Positions 17,810-24,886 of a DNA stretch of 24,886 nucleotides are shown here, in pieces. Every line of letters begins with the position of its first letter. The stretch's first letter is position 1. Both the position numbers and the translations under genes were made by a program. Source of the stretch: Oligoflexales bacterium (GTDB taxonomy: Bacteria > Bdellovibrionota_B > Oligoflexia > Oligoflexales > CAIYRB01). The notes below the pieces were generated by a model, which had not been told where the DNA came from, searched no databases, and saw nothing but the letters and a program-made list of their open reading frames with translations. The stretch is taken from positions 1 to 24,886 of the forward strand of contig JBGSUI010000143.1 in assembly GCA_041736175.1 (NCBI GenBank), given 5' to 3'.

Positions 17810-18817
17810 ATGAAGAATCAAAAACGATACGGGCAATGGTACACAATTGGTAATCCATTTCAAAATCCACCGTTTAAAAAGTGGCTTGCCGAGGTAGCTA
17901 AGAATCAACTTTTAATTTGTGAGCCATTTTGCGGCGCGGGTCACCTGGTTTCTTGGTTGCCCGAAATCAACTGGGGAGGATACTATGACATCCATCCCCC
18001 ACGGGACACATATAGACCTGTTATTTTAAGGAACACACTCCGAGATTTTCCTGCCTTTTCCGAAGATGGCCAGAAATTTGAGGCAGTAATCACGAATCCG
18101 CCATGGTTCTCTAGGAACCAAGCAACCCGACGTGGCATTCAATATATTGGTAATAGGAATTACGATGACTTGTATAAAGAGGCTCTCTCAGTGTGTTTGG
18201 AAAATGTAGGATGGGTAGCCGCTTTGGTTCCAGAGTCGTTCATCAATGCTCGGCTTTTTTTGGATCGCCTAGCGACTGTGGTGCGTTTTAGACATTCAAT
18301 ATTTAGCTCAGAAATTGAGCATCCTACCTGTCTGGCTTTGTTTTCGCCCAAAAAAATCACTGATGTTGAGATTTGGGACGAAGGCTTTTTTGTTGGATAT
18401 TTAAACGCTCTTAGGCACGATGCAGATATAATGCTTCATGAGCAAATTGTAGTAAAATTTTGCTTCAATAATCCAGCGGGACAAATCTTTTTGCGAGGAA
18501 TTGATTCCCGCTCTGGTCCAACAATTAGATTTCGCTTGTCCAATGATTCTGATAGGATTTCAGCAGCAAGGAATTCTCGACATAATGTCCTCGTCAAAAT
18601 CCCGGATACTATCCCACCTCACCTTTTTCAGGCGATAATAGAAAATGCTAACTGTATTCTGGAAATTTATCGCTTACAGACACATGATTTATTCCTTGCA
18701 CCAACTAAATCTTATATGGCTGATGGTAGGGCAAGACGTCGCCTTGATTGGGAGACTGCATCGCGGATACTTAGACTTGCAATCCTCAAAGTGAACGGCA
18801 ATCCTTATCTCGGTTGA
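17810..18817 (+). CDS. N6-adenine DNA methyltransferase (gamma-type motif order)
   Basis: Motif X GQWYT, motif I EPFCGAG, motif IV VITNPPW, then YDDLY and LVPESF; C-terminal ~140 aa is a putative target-recognition region. Confidence 0.85.
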   Translation: MKNQKRYGQWYTIGNPFQNPPFKKWLAEVAKNQLLICEPFCGAGHLVSWLPEINWGGYYDIHPPRDTYRPVILRNTLRDFPAFSEDGQKFEAVITNPPWFSRNQATRRGIQYIGNRNYDDLYKEALSVCLENVGWVAALVPESFINARLFLDRLATVVRFRHSIFSSEIEHPTCLALFSPKKITDVEIWDEGFFVGYLNALRHDADIMLHEQIVVKFCFNNPAGQIFLRGIDSRSGPTIRFRLSNDSDRISAARNSRHNVLVKIPDTIPPHLFQAIIENANCILEIYRLQTHDLFLAPTKSYMADGRARRRLDWETASRILRLAILKVNGNPYLG

Positions 18818-18831
18818 AACTTGTAACGTAT

Positions 18832-19392
18832 TTATCTGGAGCGAAAAGAATCTTGATTCAGGCGGAATGATGGGTTAGTTGTCGAAATTGCTTCACGCGC
18901 CTTGTCTACTGAGGTGCAACGGCAGATATTCAAAATAAAAGACGTAAAGACAGCTTCTACTGACTGTGCGGAAAGGGCTGGCGATGGTACAGATGAACGT
19001 TTTGCAAGGAATCTCCGCAGTTTCCTTGTCTCATAAAAGTCGTACCTATTTTCGTCGCCCAAAACAAACAACACAACTGGTACATTGCTTTTCGCAGCTT
19101 CAGCAGCCCAAGACCTTATCGTCCCATACGAATCTAATTTTCCGAGTTGGATTGGTCCCTTTAGTCGCGATCTAATTTGAACCTGCATAAACATGATCCA
19201 ATCTTTGGTTTCTACCCTGATTAATAGATCTGTCAAGTCTATATCAAGCTCGGGTTTGAAGACTGAAAGTCTGATTCCATGTTGAAGACTAAGTTTTGCA
19301 GAGACTCTTGAGAGTAGTGCAAGAATCTTGTACTCAGCACCTCTTCCTACTATTAACTGTTTCCATCGTCCAGGATATCCGAAGTTTGCCAT
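18832..19392 (-). CDS. Putative PD-(D/E)XK-fold protein (nuclease-like)
   Basis: GRGAEY-helix...VFKPELD-IDLTDLLI...QVQIRSR, the G-x-x-A-E...P-x-x-D...D...Q-x-K pattern with K replaced by R. Confidence 0.55.
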   Translation of the reverse strand: MANFGYPGRWKQLIVGRGAEYKILALLSRVSAKLSLQHGIRLSVFKPELDIDLTDLLIRVETKDWIMFMQVQIRSRLKGPIQLGKLDSYGTIRSWAAEAAKSNVPVVLFVLGDENRYDFYETRKLRRFLAKRSSVPSPALSAQSVEAVFTSFILNICRCTSVDKAREAISTTNPSFRLNQDSFRSR

Positions 19393-19438
19393 TGGTGTCC
19401 CTCTTTCTAAGGTTACAATCTTTTGTTTCTGATTTGGG

Positions 19439-19738
19439 CTAGTGAAATTTGTATATAGCCATATAAGTGCTGTAGTTAGTCTGAATTGTTACTGTTGAAT
19501 CACTGGTGGTGAATTTTACTATAGGACTTGTACAAATTAGCCTGAACCCATCCGCTGCGGCAGTTGCCGGGTCCAGAGCCGTAGCGTAGACAATTAAGGG
19601 AGAGCCGTTTGTCAGACGGTCAATTGGCACACTGAATCCGTAAACCGATTCCGTACGGAGGGCCTTGCCGTTATACTGCCTATATAACAAGCAGGGCACA
19701 AGTTCCAATTCCTCTATAATTTTATTTAGCTGACTCAT
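19439..19738 (-). CDS. Hypothetical protein (99 aa, beta-rich)
   Basis: GGAG RBS before ATG 19738 (MSQLNK); co-oriented with the nuclease-like gene. Confidence 0.65.
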   Translation of the reverse strand: MSQLNKIIEELELVPCLLYRQYNGKALRTESVYGFSVPIDRLTNGSPLIVYATALDPATAAADGFRLICTSPIVKFTTSDSTVTIQTNYSTYMAIYKFH

Positions 19739-19976
19739 TGCAATCTCCGTGGAAAATTTACTGCCATTTCGATTTTTAGTATCCTTGATTTTAGGAACCT
19801 TAATAAGGTATCTTAAATAGATGCCTTGCACATTCGATGCCAATTGGGCTTAATTAGTAATCCCCAATATTATCAGATTTTTAGATGAACTTTTGATTGC
19901 TTGCGGAGGTTTTGGAATTGTTCATTTCGTAGCCAGATGTCTTCTAATATCAACAAATTAAAGATAAGAGAATTTT

Positions 19977-20189
19977 GTGAAGAAAAATCGAAAGCGTTCA
20001 AAAAAGTCATCCGACGGAGGGAAAACGCCGTTCGGCAATAAGAAGCATTGCATCATGACCCTTAGACTTTCGCCTGACCTCAACGATAGACTTGAGCGGT
20101 ACATTTCTCAACAAAGTGAAAAGCAGAGGCAAAAAAAGAAGGTAATTGTGTTTGCATTAGAGCGATTTTTAGAAGCTAATGAATCTTAA
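19977..20189 (+). CDS. Ribbon-helix-helix (CopG/Arc-like) DNA-binding protein
   Basis: Alternating beta motif MTLRLS, then helix PDLNDRLERY and helix KKKVIVFALERFL; basic N-terminal tail. Confidence 0.7.
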   Translation: MKKNRKRSKKSSDGGKTPFGNKKHCIMTLRLSPDLNDRLERYISQQSEKQRQKKKVIVFALERFLEANES

Positions 20190-20521
20190 TTTTTGGGTCT
20201 TTTTGCGACGTGGTCAGGCATTTTGATTCCTAAGCTTTCAAGGTCTGAAATTGATAGGTACATTCGACATGTCGCAGGATTGTAGTCGGGTGGGAGTAAT
20301 TTTTTTCCGAGCATCACTTTTACAGTGTCCCAGAAATTTTCTCTTGACCAGCAATTTTTTACAAGCTCATACCAATATTCAAAACTTGATTCTTTTAATG
20401 AATCTTCAGAGAAAATGGAATTTTTTATACAATATTTCTTAATGTCCTCATGTGTTGGTCGACGGGTAGGACGCGGCTTGCCTTTCCGTTTTTTGAGTTT
20501 GATTTTTCCTTCGTTTTCCAT
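20186..20521 (-). CDS. Hypothetical protein (111 aa, basic N-terminus)
   Basis: GAGGA RBS-like sequence; stop overlaps the RHH stop; divergent from the recombinase. Confidence 0.6.
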   Translation of the reverse strand: MENEGKIKLKKRKGKPRPTRRPTHEDIKKYCIKNSIFSEDSLKESSFEYWYELVKNCWSRENFWDTVKVMLGKKLLPPDYNPATCRMYLSISDLESLGIKMPDHVAKRPKN

Positions 20522-20594
20522 CTCGCCAGTCCTCTGAGGCGTATGTGCCTTCCTACTAGAACGGCTTTCTTGAGGACTACGCGATATTTTTGGC

Positions 20595-20850
20595 AGACAT
20601 AGTAAATAAATATTAAACTAGTAATATTATCTACTTTGGGACTATAGAGGTATTGATAAAAAATAAGTGTCTCCTGGCTAGACACTCCCAGAGAAGATAA
20701 ATTGCTGGTAATTCATCAATAAAACTAGATAAAGTTTAACAAAACATATCAATATTTTAATCATATATAAGTATATAATATTATTATAAAAAATAATATT
20801 ATCAATATTTTTAACAACTTTGAAAGTTGATAAACTATAAAGAAAAAAGC
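20595..20850. promoter_or_regulatory. Very AT-rich divergent intergenic region with several short palindromes
   Basis: AGTGTCT-N7-AGACACT (20666-20686), TATAATA-T-TATTATA (20774-20788), CAACTTT-G-AAAGTTG (20815-20829), and two copies of TATCAATATTTT. Confidence 0.55.
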
Positions 20851-20887
20851 CCATTCTTCCGATCATAGTGTTAGGAAGGAGCGTGGC

Positions 20888-22942
20888 ATGAATGTCTCAC
20901 AAAATCGATCTTGTGCAAATGAAGAGCGCTGTCGCAGGCCAGCAACAAAAGGCGAACCTCATCGCCCAGCGATTGTGCGGAAAGCTAACTCGTTGATCTG
21001 CTCCTATTGCGCGGCTTTTGAACGGCGGGGATTTTCTAATCTATCTCTCGATCCAGAAAAGCTTCCAGCCAGGGTAGAAACACGAGGTCGAAAGCGACTC
21101 AACGATGGCATTGACAGTCAAACACGCCTTCGAATCCAAAAATCTATAGCATCCCAAAAGTACGCCGCAAAAAAGCGACTAGAAAAGAAGCTTGGGTCGG
21201 TTGAGTCGGAAGACTTTAAAGAACGATGGGCCGAGTTGCAACAAGGATTCGAGTTAAGGAAAGCTGCTCGATGGGGAAAACTCATTGGGATCGATGGGAC
21301 AAAGCCGCGACACCCGAAACGAACATCCAAGATTTTGGAAAGGGGCATCACACAAGATGGGCGTTTTGAGTGGCGACTTTTGCTATCGGCACAAAAATCA
21401 AAATATGAAATATTTGTTTATCAAATTGATTTATTCGATGGCGCTCGAACTTACGACCCTTTCGTTAGAGCTGGATTAGGTGAATCAGAGGCAAGAAAAA
21501 TAATTCAGGAAATTAGGGAAAACGGCTTCAAAAGAGAAAAGTTTCTCGTGCCTCTTTCGAGTTATTCGGCGAAAGCTAACGAATTTTTGAAATCCGCCTA
21601 CTCCTCAAGATTTTCTCTAAGAGAGATCGAAAAAATGCAAAAGAATATCACTCTTGGTTTCGCAATCGCGATCTTCCGAGCGTCCGAAGAGATTAGCTTG
21701 GGCGGAAAAGATAAGCGCTTTGAGCACCTTGAACGAGTTTATCGTACTCTTGGAAATATCCCACTTCGTGAATGGGCAGTTACTCCGGCCCATATTGAAG
21801 GTTGGCTCTGGGCGATTATCACTTCTCGGGCTGAGGCTAGTGGTCGCACTACCGAACGTGGAGAGTCTATTAAAGTTCAATATGCGAAAAAATTAATTGG
21901 AACTCTCGTCGCAATTTTTGATCGCCTTTCCTATTTTCCGATAGTTTTTCCTTGGGCTGATACTGTCAAGAGAATGATTCAGGACAAGAGACTGAAGCTA
22001 CAACGAAAAGCTATGTCACAGGGTCAACTAGCGCCCTCGGAAGGATTCCGGTGTTTGACTCTTAAAGAATTTTTCTTGATTTTGGAGCTGACTCCGACGA
22101 TCCACCACGTCTCGTTCCTAATAATTGGACTTTCAACCGGACTAAGACCAGAAGATTTGAAAGTAATAGAAAGTCGGGACTGGGATCGCAACTCTGGAGC
22201 GCTATTTTTCCGCGATGGTAGGTTGAATCGCAAGAACAGATTCGAATCGCGACGTAATCTGGCCAACCCCCACACGAGTGCCGTGGTCCGATTGATTTTG
22301 AGCACTCCCGAATTTTTCGATCCAAACAAAAGAAAAGAGATTGTTTCGTGGTTTGAAGGGGACGATCCCTATTCTATGAAGAAAATGGAGTCTATAATCA
22401 AAATAGCAAGATGGAACAATACGCCAGTTGCTACTCTCCGAGATTTCAGAACTACCGCGGCTACACAACTTGCATTTTGTGGGGTTCCATTGCTAGACAT
22501 AACCAGGAGGCTTGGGCATGTATCTTCAATAACTACCGAATCTTACTATGTGAAAGCTATCCCGTCAGATGGTGCATCTTGTTCGCATATTTCTCCAGCT
22601 ATCGAACGTGGCATGACCTATTTAGGGAATCCGGTCGTTAAATTACCAGGAAAAACTGACTCGTATGCAGATACAAATCCATGGGACACTTTTCTGCTTG
22701 TTTGGTTTATTGAAGAAGTAAAGAATAGGAAGTTGAAAAAATTAAAGTTTGAAGGTCATCCTAATGCTGAGATCGAGGGCAAATTATGGCCAGAGTGGGC
22801 AAAATCGGTCTTATTCACCCAAGTGGATAAAGCAATCCGTCATGCTGATATTGTCCGCAATGAATGGTCAGAAGCGAGTAAACGTCAAACCACAGGCTTT
22901 CTTGATATGCCATTTAAGATTGGGGGTGATAAAAATAATTAA
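20888..22942 (+). CDS. Large tyrosine recombinase/integrase (684 aa) with N-terminal Cys4 motif
   Basis: STGLRPEDL (Arg I), RKN (candidate Lys), LRDFRTTAATQL (box II with R in place of H), LGHVSSITTESYY (His, Tyr); GGAAGGAG RBS. Confidence 0.85.
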   Translation: MNVSQNRSCANEERCRRPATKGEPHRPAIVRKANSLICSYCAAFERRGFSNLSLDPEKLPARVETRGRKRLNDGIDSQTRLRIQKSIASQKYAAKKRLEKKLGSVESEDFKERWAELQQGFELRKAARWGKLIGIDGTKPRHPKRTSKILERGITQDGRFEWRLLLSAQKSKYEIFVYQIDLFDGARTYDPFVRAGLGESEARKIIQEIRENGFKREKFLVPLSSYSAKANEFLKSAYSSRFSLREIEKMQKNITLGFAIAIFRASEEISLGGKDKRFEHLERVYRTLGNIPLREWAVTPAHIEGWLWAIITSRAEASGRTTERGESIKVQYAKKLIGTLVAIFDRLSYFPIVFPWADTVKRMIQDKRLKLQRKAMSQGQLAPSEGFRCLTLKEFFLILELTPTIHHVSFLIIGLSTGLRPEDLKVIESRDWDRNSGALFFRDGRLNRKNRFESRRNLANPHTSAVVRLILSTPEFFDPNKRKEIVSWFEGDDPYSMKKMESIIKIARWNNTPVATLRDFRTTAATQLAFCGVPLLDITRRLGHVSSITTESYYVKAIPSDGASCSHISPAIERGMTYLGNPVVKLPGKTDSYADTNPWDTFLLVWFIEEVKNRKLKKLKFEGHPNAEIEGKLWPEWAKSVLFTQVDKAIRHADIVRNEWSEASKRQTTGFLDMPFKIGGDKNN

Positions 22943-23172
22943 TGCGCTAAAGTCCGCGTAAAATTGGCCGACTACGACGCCCACTCATCCTATGACCACC
23001 GGCAAAAAAAGTTCTTCATTTAATCAGATCGTGAGTCTTCTTCGACCGCCGAACTTCGCTCGGTTGGTCAGCCCTTTTTAACTCCGTCCGTTTTCCGGCG
23101 GTTCCCCCGTTGATGCCCCCGCCCGGGCAGAGGTTTCCGCGGCCTTTGCCCTGATGGTCTCGTCTCAACGTT

Positions 23173-23337
23173 TTACCACCCGAGGTCCGAATTGCGGCAC
23201 GCTGCGTTGTAGGTCCGCCAGTCGGCTCTCTTCCAGTCTCCGGGGGTCTGATGCTTTCTGGCTTCCCGCAGGCATTCGTCCAGGGTCACTGTCTGCCTGA
23301 GCCCGCTCCGCAAGTGCTGGCAGCATAGGTGTACAGG
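23173..23337 (-). pseudogene. Fragment of a helical repeat unit of the kind found in phage/homing-endonuclease-associated proteins
   Basis: CCQHLRSGLRQTVTLDECLREARKHQTPGDWKRADWRTYNAACRNSDLGW*; no ATG. Confidence 0.5.
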
Positions 23338-24885
23338 TTAAAGCCTCCCGCAATCGGCTACCCTCGACTCAAGGCTTCCCATGGTTGCTTTAAGGTCCAT
23401 GTCGCCATTTTCCAGATTTCTGAGCAGAATTTTAAGCCTTGAGATCGATCCCTTGATGTCGTGTTTTAGCTTTTCTCTTTCAGTCGCGAGCATCGACTCT
23501 TCGAGTTTGGTCTTGGTCGCTTGGTCCAAATCTTTTAGCAGAAACTCCCACCCTAGAATGTGTGAGGCGACGATCGACGAAAGGTCGTGGGATTCATCAA
23601 GGTCTCGAGCATTCGAATCAAACACTCTTATTGTTTTCCTCATCAACCTAGCCAGGCTTTCGTCCTTGGCCTTAGTTTTCAGGTATCGGGTGATTTTGGG
23701 AGCCTCTTCGAAGGCGTCTTTGTCGACTGTCAAATCAAAGACATTGGAATCGTTTTTCACCGACACGTCGCTGGTCGATAGAAAAATGGCCAGGTCGGGT
23801 GCCTTTTGCCTGAGCATGGTACCCAATTTGATGCCGTCGATGCCTGACCCGAGGTATTTGTCGGTCAGGACGGCCAGGAGTCTGCCACTGACTCTATCCC
23901 AATCTTTAACAAAGTCCTCGGCGGTGGCGTAGCAGACCGTGTCAAAGCCCTTAAGGAAGGCAGGCCACTGGTCGCGGAAAATATCCTCATCGTCGATCAC
24001 GGCGATTAAATCAAAGGGCGACTTTGTTCCCCTCTCGGCTGCTCCGGGGCTTGATGACGCGACTGCTTCGGCACCCGCGGTATCTGAGTCCGCCGCTTCT
24101 GAACCGCCGCTTGGCGTGACTGTGTCCTCCAAGGGAGATAACCATTGAAAGGTCTGTAGAAATAGTTTATACAGCTGCCCCTTAGCCATGGGTTTTGGCA
24201 AAAACCCGTTTGCGCCAAGGTCCCCAGCTTTTCGGTGATCATCAGGTACAATCCTGTTGGAGTGAACAAAGATCTGACCTTTGAAATCATGAGTGGTGCG
24301 CAATTCCTTCACAAGATCGAATCCACTGAGGGATTTTGGTCCCATATCGATATCCGTGATGATCAGGTCGATTGATTGGTTGTTGAGGATTTCAAAAGCC
24401 TCAAAGCTGCCGTTCGCATGGAAAATGTTACACAATTTGGTCAATTCGGGGGATTCTTCGATCCATCCAGCTAGGGCCGTGCGGTAAATCGACTCGTCGT
24501 CGACTATCAGAAGCCCGAGGGGCCGTGACAAAGCACCTGCCCTTTGGATCACCTCCTGATGGAGGAGGCTTTCGCTTTTATTAAACTCGCTGTCGGACTT
24601 GCTTGCCAAGGCCTGTCCCATCATGACGATTATCCGGGTGATCTCGTCACTATGTCTTGGGAGACTCGCGGTGGTAACGAAATCCGCTCCTTTCGCGATG
24701 GGCAAAGTGAAGAAAAACTCCACCTTGCCGTCGGGGTGTTCCGGAGTTTTAGACGATTCACACCAAATTTTACCACCGTGGGCCTGAACCACTTTTTGCG
24801 CTATGGCAAGACCTAGGCCAGTCCCGCCCTTTTTTCCCGAGGTAAAAAACGCCTCGAAAAGCTTGGCGAGGCTTTCCGGGGGGAT
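23338..24885 (-). CDS. Hybrid sensor histidine kinase, 3' part (HATPase + two receiver domains); runs off the right edge
   Basis: The frame stays open to the edge: [47 protein letters not shown]1 has IVDDE, ITDIDM, HSN, PKP; REC2 has VIDDE, LTDKYL, STS, DK. Confidence 0.9.
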   Translation of the reverse strand: MPPESLAKLFEAFFTSGKKGGTGLGLAIAQKVVQAHGGKIWCESSKTPEHPDGKVEFFFTLPIAKGADFVTTASLPRHSDEITRIIVMMGQALASKSDSEFNKSESLLHQEVIQRAGALSRPLGLLIVDDESIYRTALAGWIEESPELTKLCNIFHANGSFEAFEILNNQSIDLIITDIDMGPKSLSGFDLVKELRTTHDFKGQIFVHSNRIVPDDHRKAGDLGANGFLPKPMAKGQLYKLFLQTFQWLSPLEDTVTPSGGSEAADSDTAGAEAVASSSPGAAERGTKSPFDLIAVIDDEDIFRDQWPAFLKGFDTVCYATAEDFVKDWDRVSGRLLAVLTDKYLGSGIDGIKLGTMLRQKAPDLAIFLSTSDVSVKNDSNVFDLTVDKDAFEEAPKITRYLKTKAKDESLARLMRKTIRVFDSNARDLDESHDLSSIVASHILGWEFLLKDLDQATKTKLEESMLATEREKLKHDIKGSISRLKILLRNLENGDMDLKATMGSLESRVADCGRL

Positions 24886-24886
24886 C

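Noticed and set aside
20425..20866. Two minus-strand ORFs (86 and 62 aa) in the AT-rich gap
   Set aside because: I/Y/N/K-biased translations typical of non-coding AT-rich DNA; one overlaps a better gene.
20888..22942. Protelomerase call for the recombinase
   Set aside because: The RTTAATQL...LGH...T..YY spacing is integrase/Xer-like, and no long perfect palindromic target was seen.
23165..23353. 62-aa ORF in the track
   Set aside because: No motif; a different frame carries the recognisable repeat fragment.
23381..23932. 183-aa plus-strand ORF, and similar short antisense or alternate-frame ORFs throughout the track
   Set aside because: They lie over well-supported genes and have no motifs of their own.

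Overview
Bacterial accessory DNA in four blocks; no rRNA, tRNA or CRISPR array was seen. (1) 1-139: end of an ISKra4-like insertion sequence that truncates a COG0523 GTPase gene. (2) 140-9851: metal-homeostasis (zinc-limitation) island. It has two intact ZigA/YciC-type COG0523 GTPases, a third IS-disrupted one, and a probable fourth degenerate pseudo-GTPase. It also has a two-gene fused CbiMN + CbiQO ECF transporter, DUF1826, zinc-free L31 (rpmE2), an FmdB zinc-ribbon protein, ZrgA/DUF2796, a 25%-histidine tandem-repeat protein and an RcnA-like exporter. Three copies of a TGCAA-N5-TTGCA palindrome lie in its divergent promoters (candidate Zur boxes). (3) 10133-16574, minus strand: respiratory cluster of a Tat-exported His-motif protein, a lipoprotein, two paralogous CydA-like subunits each fused to a heme c domain (bd-superfamily, OR-N-like), a HiPIP and a RegB/RegA redox two-component system, with a RegA-like box next to the oxidase promoter. 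(4) 16660-24886: an IS21 remnant; an AT-richer block with an N6-adenine methyltransferase, a convergent PD-(D/E)XK-like protein, an RHH regulator and a large atypical tyrosine recombinase; then the 3' part of a hybrid histidine kinase. All calls come from motif recognition by eye; no searches were run.
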